From Octopus sinensis (lineage: Eukaryota): a stretch of 64,000 nucleotides of DNA. The first letter of the stretch is position 1. The number at the start of each line of letters is the position of its first letter. Of the stretch, positions 13,253-26,873 are shown piece after piece. Under the pieces are notes generated by a model. It was given only the letters and a program-made list of their open reading frames with translations. It was not told where the DNA came from and made no database searches. The position numbers were made by a program, and so were the translations under genes. Where the stretch lies: positions 20,584,001 to 20,648,000 of the forward strand of contig NC_043012.1 in assembly GCF_006345805.1 (NCBI RefSeq), written 5' to 3'.

Positions 13253-14527
13253 TCGAGCATTTAACAATAACACATGCTTTCGATAAAACAGTTGCTCCCG
13301 CAAAGCAAATTAGATAAAATTTAGGATTTTGCGATACATATAAATTTGTGTGTGTGTGTGTCTGTGCGTGTGTGCGTGTATGTGTCTGTGTCTGTGTATG
13401 TATGTATGTATGTATAAAGAATATGAGGGGTTTAGTTTAGTGATGATCTAAAGCAATAAGTACGCTGCGTAAATGGTATAATTGGACATCTCTGAGACTC
13501 CAAGCTCACAGCTGAGGCAGTAGCTACGAATCCGCAGTAGGCTTCCGAGTCAGCAGGGTTTAAAGGAAATGTATGTATATATATATATATACATATTTTT
13601 TCATATTATATAGAGGGCATTATTACACATAAATGCCACACGCTAGGAGGGACTTTCAAAGTCATTACTACCAAAAATAAACGAATCGTAACGAATGCAG
13701 CTCTCGAAGCAAGACATTTAGAAACAGAATTATATATATATATATGACCCATATGTTTATGCATATAAGTATGTATGCCCGTGCATGTGTGTGTGTATGT
13801 GAGAGAGAGAGAGAGAGCGAGGGAGAGAGAGAGAGAGAAGTGAAGTCGATGCCTGGTACTGACTTGAGTTGTATATTTCTATATTTAGTAACAAATAATC
13901 TGAAACAATCTAAAACTTGTAAATTAATGCAAAATTTACGCAGATGTTAAGGTCTAATGCTCTAATTCAGTGCACTGTATTGCACACGTTCATGAATATG
14001 AGTCTACAAAATAAAATGCTCAGAGATACTGATCGTAATTGAAATGTTTCTTGATTAAATATGAGGTTAACAATGCGAATATTTAGAAATTTAAAGTCTA
14101 CATTGCAATTCGTATATGTTACAATGCATGAGTAGTATTGTTCTACATATTACGGTATACAATCTTCTTTTCAAATTTCAGATATATCGAAATTCGCAAA
14201 TTTCCGAATTCTGCAACTTTTACAAGTTTCAGAAATGTAGTACGAATGCAAAATTTTTGAAAGATTTCTGAAAGTTATATAAATATATATAAATATGGTG
14301 CAGCATTTTAGATCTGCTTAAAAGGGAAATGTCAATTTTGAGGAGTGAGACTGTTTTATATGAATAACAAATAAAAATGAAAAAAAAAAAATTCTATATT
14401 GGTGCGTTTTTGTGAAATTCGAAATATTCCCAAAATGAAATGTTAATATAGTGCAAAACATGAGGAGTGGTACATTCAAATATATTTTTGCAAATATCCT
14501 TCATAGAAGCTTCTCTGTATAATATAT

Positions 14528-14606
<79 letters not shown>

Positions 14607-14666
14607 ATATATTATATATATATATAATATATATATATATATACATATATGTACATATATATATGA

Positions 14667-14700
<34 letters not shown>

Positions 14701-14800
14701 TATATATATATACATTATATTAAATTAGAGACAAAACCACCATTAGGCAAATCAAACAATGAAAGGCTTAAGCCAATACATATGATTAATTTATATTATT
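12300..14800. repeat. Dispersed inverted pair of short terminal-like repeats (about 12300-12380 and 14716-14800)
   Basis: TGTTTGATTTGCCTAATAGTGGTTTTATCTCTAATTTAAT versus ATTAAATTAGAGACAAAACCACCATTAGGCAAATCAAACA; both abut (TA)n tracts. Confidence 0.75.
13005..13251. repeat. Long degenerate (TA)n tract, representative of many (e.g. 2330-2410, 4140-4310, 14550-14715, 25600-25685, 58015-58085)
   Basis: Directly visible. Confidence 0.95.
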
Positions 14801-15979
14801 TAAATATGTAACAAAATTATCAAAAATATAATTAATATTATATATACATATATATATATTTTCCTAAAATCTTGTGCCGAAGTTTGCATGCGATGTAATG
14901 GTATGATTGATTTGTTATTGAGTGCGTTGCAGCTACGATTTCATAATTATGTTACATAATAGTCTCAAGTACATGCAATGTACGGGCGCCACTACCAATC
15001 AAAGATTATTCCTCACATCATTTTAACGCTTCAGTATACATGTAGATTATTATCAGTATCATCGTCATTACAACCCACCCCCCATTAATATCTCCAACAC
15101 CAACATTATAGTCATCATCATCATCATCATTACAACCACACCCATTCTCACTGACGTCGGTATCGGATGCGTTTTTGGTGTATTAGTCTCTATCATCACC
15201 AGGCTCATCAGTGTTATCATCAATCGCACCATCATATATGGCACAGTAAAGTTAGAATTTAGGTATTAATGTAAATTTTTAATCACACGATTTTGTTTAA
15301 GATCATTTTCAAATGATTAGTTTTATATATAAAACATTTTCAATCTTAATGTTTTACCGTTTGATACAAATGATAATGGAAGTGCAATGCGATTACACAT
15401 TGCATAACAAAGAAACATTACAATTTCTGCTACGAGTTTTAATGAGTGAATATTTTAGATATTTATCACTTCAGTTACAACGCGCCTAAGCTTAGAAGAT
15501 TGTCTCTCTTAATCGAAAAGCCACGTAAAAAGTACATATAACTTTACAGTAATTATAAATTCAATTTTCTTTTCAAACAATATTACCAATAAATCTGTTA
15601 GTGACTTGCTACAACGGAATTCAGTATGTGTCTAATACAAATATTAAATTCATTGAACCAAACAACAAACATTGAGCGGTTGCTCAGTGAAGCTAAAAGT
15701 CGTCTCCCTAATCACTACGTTACTTGGTTTATGCTTAATTATTAAGCACGAATTCTACTAAAATTCAATTGTTATTTGTATTTGAAAAGGACCGCATGAA
15801 TATTTCTTGGTAGAGGTTGAGTTTTCATCAGTTATTTGAAATACATTCTATTGTGTGGATGTCACCTTCTTTTAACGCATTTTAACATTTTTAATGTATA
15901 GCTTATCTATGCAACAATATATCAGCACAGGACTTGTAAGCAGCATTTGTGCAGCGTTTCCATGCTAAACATCTCCATA

Positions 15980-16182
15980 GGCGCAGGAGTGGGTGTGTGG
16001 TAAGTAGCTTGCTAACAAACCACATGGTTCCGGGTTCAGTCCCACTGCGTGGCACCTTGGGCAAGTGTCTTCTGCTATAGCCCCGGGCCGACCAATGCCT
16101 TGTGAGTGGATTTGGTAGACGGAAACTGAAAGAAGCCTGTCGTATATATGTATATATATATATATATATATATGCATATATA

Positions 16183-16252
<70 letters not shown>

Positions 16253-16468
16253 GTGTGTGTGTGTATATGTGTTTGTGTGTCTGTGTTTGTCCCCCTAGCA
16301 TTGCTGGTGTGTTTACGTCCCCGTTACTTAGCGGTTCGGCAAAAGAGACCGAAAGCATAAGTACTGGGCTTACAAAGAATAAGTCCTGGGGTCGATTTGT
16401 TCTACTAAAGGCGGTGCTCCAGCATGGCCGCTGTCAAATGACTGAAACAAGTAAAAGAGTAAAGAGTA
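15980..16468 (+). mobile_element. SINE family A, full length
   Basis: GGCGCAGGAGTGGGTGTGTGGTAAG A-box region, GGGTTCAGTCCC B box, internal (TA)n, GTAAAAGAGTAAAGAG tail. Confidence 0.92.
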
Positions 16469-16539
16469 TACACAATGAAGTAATGAAATTCAAGTATTGA
16501 AAAATAATAACTGCAAATGCGAGAGACTCTAATTGATCC

Positions 16540-17268
16540 GGCAGCAAACATCACTCTCTGTCACTACTGTAATTTCTTAATAAATGTGACTTGGAAACGG
16601 CTTTCCTGCGCGGTTCAGTGAGTCCAGAATTCATCCCCACAGCAGACATCAATAGGTTACAGAAGTCACGAAGAGAGAATACACACTGTTTCGGGTCCTA
16701 GCATTTTGGAACACTGTCATGTTCTCTAATGAGTCCAGATTTGCCGGTCGAGTGTAGGTCTGGAGACTCTGTGATGAAGAATTTGATGCGAAAAATTGCA
16801 ACCAGCAAGGAAACACAGCAGCTATTATGTGATGGTCAGGGGACAATTTGGATCAATTGTTGATCAGAACTGGTGGAGTGTGAGGGAACACATACTCAAA
16901 TAAATATGCGTCCATATTGCAGAAAGGACTCTTTCCAAATTTCTCTAGTCGTGAAATGATTAAAGAAGATTCTCTTTTTGTGGAAGACGGAATTCCTTGT
17001 CACACGATTAAAATGACCCAAGATTTATTGGAAAAGAATGGCTTTAGAAAACTTCCATAGCCAAGACAGTCACAAGATATTCTGGGGAATAATGGACAGG
17101 ACATTCCATAAACTGAAGAAGATAGCATCTTCAAAGCCAGATCATTTGAGATTATTGCATGAAGCTAAGTTAGAAATTCCGCAAGAGAATATCCACCATC
17201 TGATCAGTAACATGCCTAATAGGACTCTTGTATTGATAAATGCAAAGAGCATGCCTACTAAATATTAA
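16540..17268 (+). mobile_element. Tc1-family transposase remnant
   Basis: FWNTVMFSNESRF.GRV*VWR, FVEDGIPCHT, LP*PRQSQD, FWGIMDR and C-terminal SNMPNR...AKSMPTKY are diagnostic Tc1 DDE-region motifs, with stops. Confidence 0.85.
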
Positions 17269-17369
17269 GTGTTCATATTATAACAACTAAAAGATAATTT
17301 GAATGTATAATTTCAGATTTAAATAATTTTTAATGATTATAAGAGTGTTTAATTTACTTCTTACATGCC

Positions 17370-17465
<96 letters not shown>

Positions 17466-17471
17466 GTGTGT

Positions 17472-17524
<53 letters not shown>

Positions 17525-17547
17525 TAGATAGATATATATATATATAT

Positions 17548-17586
<39 letters not shown>

Positions 17587-17600
17587 TATAGATAGATGGA
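17472..17600. repeat. (GATA)n microsatellite (others at 23205-23400, 59101-59194, 63616-63728)
   Basis: Directly visible. Confidence 0.95.
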
Positions 17601-18191
17601 TATGCATGTATTTGTTTCTGTGTTGTGATGCATTACTATTAATGTCCCTGTTCAAATATAAGTGACAAATAACACAATTTACGATTAATCACTGAATATA
17701 CGACGTTCGACGATCATATATTAATACATAACAATGACACTTTACAAGAACAGGAATGTATCGTTTCGGATTCATTGGAAAATATATAAGTACATTTCTA
17801 CATACTCACACACACAGACACACACACTCATATGTACATATATATATATGTATGTGTGTTTGTGTGTGTGTCTGTGTGTATGTGTGTATATATGTATGTA
17901 TATGTATTTATAAATGCTTCTATACATACATATATGTGTATACTTGTTGATTTAATCCACACACAGGAAAATCAGATTGAAGAATCCGACAAAAATGTGA
18001 CAAGCTGAATATAAGCGTTAACTGGTACATGGTCAATAATATATGATTATTTTCCTTCTATAACAAAACCTCATTAGCCACAAAACATACAAAAGTAGAC
18101 ACCTCTATCTATACGAAGTAGCGTGGTATGCCTATCTTTTCCGTCACTCCTTCCCGTTTGTGTTACTTTATTCATACGTGTCAGTTAAAAT

Positions 18192-18808
18192 GATGCTTTC
18201 TACTATAGGTGTAAGGCCTGGAATTTTGGGGGAGGGGACTAGCTCGACCTCACTGTTTCACATGTACTTAATTTATCTACCCCGAAAGGATGAAATGCAA
18301 AGATGACCTCGGCGGAATTTGAATTCAGAACGAAATGGCGCTAAACGTTTCGCCCGGCGCGCTAACGGCTCTGCCAGGTCGCCTCCTTATTCTTTTCTAC
18401 ACTACCCACAAGGCCAGAAATTTTGAGGGAGAGGGTCAGTCGATTAGGTCAACGCCAGTACACAACTGGTACTTAATTTATCAACCCCGAAAGGATGAAA
18501 GGCAAAGTATACCTCGGCGGAATTTAAACTCAGAACGTAACGGCAGACGAAGTACCTATTTCTTTATTACCCACAAGGTGCTAAACACAGAGAGGACAAA
18601 CAAGGACAGACATAGGTATTAAGTCGATTATATCGACCCCAGTGCGTAACTGGTACCTATTTAATCGACGCCGAAAGGATGAAAGGCAAAGTCGACCTCG
18701 GCGGAATTTAAACTCAGAACGTAATGACAGACGAAGTACCGCTAAGCATTTCGCCCGGCGTGTAAGCTGCGATTCTGCCAGCTCACCGCCCTAGGTCGCC
18801 TCCTTATT
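18192..18808 (-). mobile_element. Nested family B SINEs: a dimeric copy (18392-18792) inserted in the 5' end of an older copy
   Basis: Three CCGAAAGGATGAAA.GCAAAG cores. Inner duplication AGGTCGCCTCCTTATT at 18376-18391/18793-18808; outer duplication TGTCAGTTAAAAT at 18179-18191/18808-18820. Confidence 0.88.
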
Positions 18809-19834
18809 GTCAGTTAAAATAATAACTCAAAAACATGTATTTGAGAGACCTTATCGCTATATCTTCATATTTATAACTATAGGGTTTAATTATTTCCACG
18901 AAGTTTATTGTTTGCTAGTTAAACAAAGCATAAATTTGTGTACACAAATCTGATGTATCTTTTTCGACGTTTTCTCAGTCTTTTCCCGTGTATATATGAG
19001 TATATGTATGTTCGTGTGTGAGCGTGCATAGATAGATATAAATATAATGCACACATGTATACATACATGAAAATATAAAAGTGTGTGTGTGTGTATAACA
19101 CCTATGCCGACTGCGTCGTGTCCATGCTTAAACAGCATTTGTGTGTGTGTGCGTGCGTGCATAAGTGTGTGTATGTGTATAACACCCATGCCGAGTGCGA
19201 CATGGCTATGCTAAAACAACTCCGTATATTAAAAGCATTTTTAGATGCTTACTATTACCAGCTTTTCCGTTTAGCAATTACACCAAAATTATTTTCATCA
19301 AACATTAAGTTTAGAATAATTGAAATTCTCAATTTTGCTTTTCTGCAACTTTAAATCATAGAATCACAATATAGATCTATGTTTCAACAATACATAACTC
19401 CTACATAAAGCTTGCAATCTACAATAAAATCCGTAGCCTTGCCTAGCGATAAAGCGATATCAGAGAAATGATAATATTAATTCGTAGTTTAATCGCTCCT
19501 AATAATCTTATAGTTATTTTATGTATTGCATAATTTTCTGATGTTTTGTATACACGTATACACAGAAAAATACAGACATACAGTCTTTAGCATACGTTCA
19601 CATACACACAGATACGCGATAAAAGCATCATGAATGGCTTTCTTTGAATTATTTCACCCCGATAATCTAAATATGGGAACAGATTTGCTAAGTCGATAGC
19701 GTTGGTTTTATTTCTTTTTCCATTAGCTGAAAGGGGAGATGAGACTAACAGTTTCCCTTAGCAAGCCCTCTTTTTTACACTGTTGGTATCGAACAAATGG
19801 GTAAGTTCCACAAAATAAAGCTTAAGCTTTGCCT

Positions 19835-20062
19835 TCCACAGAGACGTGTACCCTTAACGTAGTTCTCTGAGAGATTCAGCGTGACACAGAGTGTGACAAG
19901 GCTGACCCTTTAAAATACAGGTACTACTCATTTTAGACAGCTGAGTGGACTGGAGCAACGTGAGATAAAGTGCCTTGCCCAGAGACAAAACGCGTCGCCA
20001 GGAATTGAACTCACGATCGAAAGATCGTGAGCCGAATGCCCTAATCATTAAGCCAGACGCCA
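19835..20062 (-). mobile_element. tRNA-derived SINE, family D
   Basis: Minus strand TGGCTTAATGATTAGGGCATTCGGCTCACGATC...GAGTTCAATTCC head, then GGGCAAGGCACTTTATCTCACGTTGCTCCAGTCCACTCAGCTG central domain. Decayed relative at about 54945-55130 (+). Confidence 0.8.
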
Positions 20063-20294
20063 TCACACATATACACACAAGCAAACACATATGCCTACTT
20101 TCTCTCTCTACCAGCATGCACTTTGGCATACTCACACATATTTTCATGCCGGCACGCATACACCCACACACTCACATCTCTTCACATATGCACTCTTGCT
20201 CGCACACACTGGTTTTCTTATACTCTCACTCTTCTGATATGCACTCATGCACACACAGACCAGTATATACTCTCTCTCTCTCTCTCACACACAC

Positions 20295-20334
<40 letters not shown>

Positions 20335-23231
20335 ACATATACTTAGTCGCACACATTCTTCACCCTTTGTCCATTCAAGTTAAAAATGATTGTAACGCTC
20401 CGACCGAAAGATGTGCATCACACATTTTTTCTTCCCACGTTTAGAATTGTCATATCCGCCTGATCGCCAGTTACTTTTTATTTAGTATTGTAATGTATGC
20501 AGACATCCTATTTCCGCTGTTTATCTTCCCTCACTATTTACACTTTTCTCAAAAACATAAATTCTTTCCTCAACGCCATTTTCTTTTTGCACCAAGTCCA
20601 TCATCACTGACTTTAAACTTGTTCGCCTTGTCTTTTTTATAAGGTTGTCCATCATAATTATCTCTTACCTTTTATACTTTTTAGCAGTTTATTACTATAC
20701 TTTCGACACTTTACCAAATTCTCTGAATCTTTCACTTCTGATGACTAATATTCACCAATTCCCACGACTTTTTCTCATTCCACAAAATTGCTACGTTTTG
20801 CTCTTTATTGTTCAATAAATTTCTTGGGTATGCTAGGAGTGCAAAATTGGGTTCACTTCAGAGTCATTGGAAACTGCTTCAAGTTTATTCACTTCATATT
20901 TCAGCATATGGTTGCTTTATTTAGTTCCGTCGTCAATTGTAAAGTGGCTGCTGTTTACGCGATAGCAGTGGACGCTAAAACCTTTCGTCTCACACAACTT
21001 AAGCATCCACCTTTTCGCATGAGAGAGAACCATTCAGAATCACTGATTTGGTAGACATTTGCAGTTCATGCCAGAATCTTCAGTGTTTTATTTCCACGGG
21101 GTGAATTTCTTCTACATACGCTATAATCTGGAGTAAGTGTTGCTGGTGCAAATGAATTGCTGAATGTCCACTTATTTTAAGAAGAAAGCCCTTCATATAT
21201 TTTCTAACTTGGTTCAAGATTTTTCGGTCATTTTTTTTTTCACAATTGTATAGTATATTTTCACCACCACCCAGGTATTTGTAACATACATTTCGTGAAA
21301 CAAGGAAGAGAAAGCGTGAGTGGAGAAGAAGAAGCGAAGATATGGGCGCTGAGGCACAAGGTTATGTTTTCGCAAAGTAAGTTTTTCGTCCAAATGTCAC
21401 ATTAACAAATTTCCTTTCCCCAAATTCTATACCTACATCAGGAAAATGCGGTGTTACTAAATCCTGCTGATTCTGCATAGTGTATATCAAACAAAATTGC
21501 ATACGAGAGAAACAATTGAATTACTATGCCTTTCTTTTTTAAAATTTATAGTAAATATGATTATTTTACGAGTCAATGGAGAGTTTCTCTATTTTTGTTT
21601 CTTTTGCAAGAAACAGCAACCATATCTGCCTTACACCATACCATAACGTTGACAAAAATGAAGGTCTTATTGAATAATATAGATCCAGATAGAATATATC
21701 TGATTACAAGTCTTGTTGGTCATGACTAATAAACTTCGATCGTAGACCTGACTATTCATGGCTGATTTCGTATAATTGTACTTTGTTGATGTAAGAAGAG
21801 AAAAACTGTATTTCAAAAAACAATAAAAGAAAAAATCAATGAAATTGAAACCAATTCAACATAAGAAGAACACGAATCACGCAAATGTTCGAACTTGTAA
21901 CATAGCATTCATTATACCAAATGCCAAATTAGTTTTCAAAGTAGTTTTGATATTTCTGTTCTTTGTCGTGCATATTATTTATACATTTTTATATTTCAAA
22001 TATAAACATTTATTTGCCACTAAATGCTAGCAAAATCAGAAGTAATTTTAAGCAAAATTAGGTTTTCTAAGAACTTTCTGCACGTTTCAAAATACGATAT
22101 CACTAATAATATACTTTAACAAAATAAAACAAACTAATAATTGTGTTATATATTTTGAGTAACTGGTAACTAACACAGAGAGGACATTTAAAAGTTCAGA
22201 GTATGCCTTAATGTTACGAAAAACATAGAATATATCTACTTTATTTAAATAATATGGGAGAACATCAGAGGCGATTTTGAAAGTTAAATCCATTAGTGAT
22301 GGCGTTAATGCTTGCAACATATCAACGCCAGTAACGGTAACGACATTGTAAAAACAGCAATAAAATAACAAACTATGTAAAAGTAATCATGAAATCAACC
22401 TTTCCTAATGTCTAATGGCATATCGGAACAAATATAATTGAATTCCATCGAAGAGAGTGTTGTTTGATCCCATTTCATAGAATTGCCCACCGATGTCTGC
22501 AGGTGTTAGTACGCATCATCAAATTACCAATTCCTTGTAGACTATCACAGAGCATCTCCCCTGTGAGTGGCCACAAACTTTTATAGTTAGATTAGATTGT
22601 TTGCGAGTAAAGAACTTTATTTCCTATTTTGTTTGTTTGTTTTTAATACATTACCGCCACCCCCTTATATTACTGAGGGCATTCGTAAAAGGAACTTTAT
22701 CGCATAAAATGTATAAGATAATGTGTAAATACATAAATATAAATAAAAGAATAAAGTAGCAAACGAAAAAAAAAGTAAGAAGCATAATATCTAAAGCAGT
22801 GACGTGAGACGACAACAGCATATTTGGAAAGAGAGCTAATGGAAGCAAACATACAGAAGTTCAGAAACAAATTAACAAATTAATCTGCATTTACGCACAC
22901 TCATACAAACACACATACATGTATGCACGCACACACACCCATCCACACACACACACACACACACACACTCACATAGAGTTCCGTATCTAAGAGAAAGACG
23001 ACGAGAGTGATTCAGTGAATGTATCAGCGTACTAATGTATATACTTGCATATGTATAATCTTTTACGTATATATATATATATATATATATACAAATGTAT
23101 GTGTATCCTTTTTGTATGTATGCATATATGTATGTATATAAACGTTTACTGATGTATATATACACACAGACGGACGGACAGACAAAAAAAAACAAATAGA
23201 CAGAAAGATAGACAGATAGATAGATAGATAG

Positions 23232-23281
<50 letters not shown>

Positions 23282-25606
23282 GTAGATATATATATATATA
23301 TATATAGATAGATAGATATATAGATAGATAGATAGATAGATATAGAGAGATAGATAGCTAGATAGTGAGAGAGAGAAAAAGATAGAGATAGATAGAGAGA
23401 GAGAGAGAAGAATTGCATTTTTTACAATACCCTTTACGCTGGTGATGGATGTCATCTTGGAAGTAGATCCTTGATGGATGGCATGACACTCCTCTCCACA
23501 ATCGGGCATCAAAGACGCAGAATATTGAATTAGTTTATTTAGTGAGTTGACTTCGTGTAGAATGAATTTCAAACTGAAGAAATAATGAAGTTGCTCATTA
23601 CGGAAAATAAAAGGCGCTGTTAACGCCTTGGTCCCAGAAAGCAACAGTATATTCCAAGATTAGTAAAAGTATTCAAACGTTTAGAAGGTGGCATATATAG
23701 GAATCGTGGCGCAGTAAAAAAAATCTAGGATTAATCTTGCGAGTAATATATCTATATGCTATATACAGCGAACGCAAAATCCAGTGCCTGCAAAATCTGG
23801 TGAAAAGGCTCCGACCTTTGCGAGTATACAATATCAGTATGAGCACAGTGAAAGCGATGGAGTTCAGCATTAACAAATATTAAGGAAACGGGTTTGATAT
23901 CCATTATTCTTACTGATGTTGCTCTCTACTCTCACCAACCAAAGTCGAAGCATTCCTAAACTCTATCGTTGATGAGTGCTAAACAGAAAATGCAAGTATA
24001 GTGTATAATTTTGAGGGTGTATAGTGTATAATTGTGAGGTTTACAGAATACAGCGAACGACTAGGAAGGGCAAGCACGCGTTCCAAAATGGAAAAATATA
24101 TCTAGAAATCATCGACAAGTCTGGTATGAGATAGCATTCTGTATTTCAATCACTTTGGTGGAAACAAGGAATTGGATTTTAACTCATGAGTTATATGCAA
24201 GCAGAAGGACTAAACTTCCATCTTCAAGTCTGAGATGTCGTACTTAAGGACGAGAGATCTTGGCTTCTGAGTCAAACTATTCTCCTCAGATGTCGAAGCG
24301 AGAGGGTTTGTAGGAAACCCTGACTAAAAACTTATGAAACGACACTCATTTTAATGCAAAAAGAGGTCCCGAGCTCAAACAGCAACAGCAGAATCAGTTG
24401 AAAAGGGTTTCAAGCGGATTTAATTTAATCATAGAGGAATCAAGGTGAAATGCAGAAGTGAAAAACTACTCATCTTACAACTGGTGTTTCAGGTTGAAGT
24501 TATTGTTGCAAAATCCAAGTCATCATGAATATGGCGTACCTTGGCCACCAAAGTAGGTTCAGGTCATAAGGGAAACAACAGCCCACAATATGGCAACTGA
24601 GAGGGATCTAGGAGATATTGCCTGAAAATAGGTCAGTCACCCAGAGGGGGTAAGTAGTTTAAGGGTAAAAAAATTGGGGGTATTCTTTCCTAAAGTCCCT
24701 CTGCTTTTTGCACTCCATAAGTTTTTGTTTTTTTTATCTAGATAGGTGTCAATTCTCATTGGTGAGTATGATAATGTATCATGATCAGTTTGCAAGTCAC
24801 GGTCACTAGGTGTTAATACGCTTGATGCAATTTCTACGGGCAAAGAATCCGCAGTCTCAAGTGTTGGGTATATATGCTGGAAGGTGCGACTGTTTAGAAA
24901 CAGGTTGCGCTACCTTTCTCATTTCCAGGTCCCGCCTGTGTATCTTCAGTTATTTTGCCTTCAATTTCTCTTCTTCTACCCACGTGAGAGAGGTCTCGAT
25001 TGTTCGGTCAGTCAGGAGCAAGCAGCTTAAAACAGTTAAAATAAAACGAAGGTCATTTATGTGTGTGTTTTATATAGTCGTTAAAACTTCTCTTTTAACA
25101 CCAAATGGTGCCGCATGTGCTTGATTGAACTAAATGATTAATGTGTATGTACAAAAAGAACGAAATTATTTTCGAGGACATTGATGAAAATTTCTCGCTA
25201 AATTCAAATAGTTAGTAATAACATTTCACATTCGACTAAAGTTTGCCAAAAAAAATTAACAACTTCACAAAAAATAACTTAAAAGCTTTGTAAATCAACC
25301 CTAACACTCTAATTTGCAATCGTGTCAAAATCAAAAACTTCCCTCCTCAGAGGACGGCAACTGTAACGCGAAAGAAACACTTTACTGCATCAGTGCTTAC
25401 ACCTGTTTATCTTTTAATTGCCACATTAGACATAGATCCATTTTATTCAAACCTAGATTTTATCAGCAAACATGCTTTTATACACCTAATACATACATAC
25501 AAACACACACGAGCGTACGCACACACGTATACATACACACACACACACAGGCATATATATATATATACATATATATATATGTATGTATATATATACATAT
25601 ATATGT

Positions 25607-25688
<82 letters not shown>

Positions 25689-25839
25689 AATTAAGGACTG
25701 AACACGAAAAGTGGACAGTCAACATGCTAGATATAGACGTCAAATCGCCATTCACCACAAAAGATTATGTTCTCAGATCAAACTCAACACAAAACCATAG
25801 CAATAAACAAGTGAAAAATATACGAAATAAAATAATTAC

Positions 25840-25904
25840 CCATGTACTAAATTAGTTTCAGCTGTTATTTTCCGCAAGGAAAACTGCAGCCATCATCAGC
25901 ATGG
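25840..25904 (-). ncRNA. Type I hammerhead ribozyme motif (intact core)
   Basis: Minus strand: CCATG-CTGATGA-tGGCTGcagTTTTCcttgcgGAAAAtaaCAGCT-GAAA-CTA att TAG-TA-CATGG. Confidence 0.85.
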
Positions 25905-26550
25905 TCCGTTATAAATGTAATTTGCTGGACTAGATGCAAACACGATACCGAAATATCGCGTGCATGGAGTTCAGCCTATTACATTTGAATATATCTTTCA
26001 AATGCCTTTACTTTGGCGCGCTGAAACTAATTTAGTACATGGGTAATTATTTTATTTCGTATATTTCGTATATTTCGTACATGGGTAATTATTTTATTTC
26101 GTATATTTCGTATATTTCGTATATTTCGTATATTTTTCACTTGTTTATTGCTATGGTTTTGTGTTGAGTTTGATCTGAGAACATAATCTTTTGTGGTTGA
26201 ATGGCGATTTGACGTCTATATCTAGCATGTTGACTGCCACTTTTCGTGTTCAGTCCTTAATGGTATATATAAATATTTTAATCTTCGGATTCTTTTTTAA
26301 TATGCTAGACCACTGGTCTTAATTGAAAATATCAATTTCTACCCTTAATTAATTTTATATAAATAAATATGTTCTCTAACCGATAAATTAACTGCTGCTA
26401 ATTATTAGCTGCAGGCTAGTTTTCTCGGGCTCCAGCGCGCCAAAGTAAAGGCATTTGAAAGATATATTCAAATGTAATAGGCTGAACTCCATGCACGCGA
26501 TATTCGGTATCGTGTTTGCATCTAGTCCAGCAAATTACATTTATAACGGA

Positions 26551-26614
26551 CCATGCTGATGATGGCTGCAGTTTTCCTTGCGAAAATAACAGCTGAAACT
26601 AATTGTAGTTATGG
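26551..26614 (+). ncRNA. Type I hammerhead ribozyme motif (variant near the cleavage site)
   Basis: Paralog of 25840-25904; reads GAAA-CTAattgTAG-TT-ATGG. A 3' half-copy lies at 26021-26042. Confidence 0.65.
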
Positions 26615-26873
26615 GTAATTATTTTATTTCGTATATTTTTCACTTGTTTATTGCTATGGTTTTGTGTTGAGTTTGATCTGAGAACATAATCTTTTGTGGT
26701 GAATGGCGATTTGACGTCTATATCTAGCATGTTGACTGTCCACTTTTCGTGTTCAGTCCTTAATTGGTATATATAAATATTTTATCTTCGGATTCTTTTT
26801 TAATATGCTAGACCACTGGTCTTAATTGATAATATCAATTTCTACCCTTAATTAATTTTATATATATATAATA

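Larger units (their letters stand above)
25682..26865. mobile_element. ORF-less PLE-type terminal repeat array: one inverted copy (25682-26024, -) plus two tandem copies (26020-26370 and 26371-26865, +)
   Basis: Near-identical blocks of 250-430 bp; inversion junction at GCTG microhomology (26020-26023); HHR present; bounded by (TA)n. Confidence 0.85.

Noticed and set aside
13452-13570. GC-richer island as a possible exon
   Set aside because: Stops in all plus frames; the open minus frame lacks convincing splice sites.
20395-21485. Complex, possibly coding-derived stretch ending in CATAGTG (Transib-like terminus on the minus strand)
   Set aside because: No recognisable motifs and no matching second terminus; left unassigned.
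23425-25120. Higher-complexity region with short ORFs
   Set aside because: Probably an old transposon, but no diagnostic motif could be read.
25340-25390. CAGAGGA...GAAA hammerhead-like string
   Set aside because: Core mismatch and no convincing stem I or stem III.
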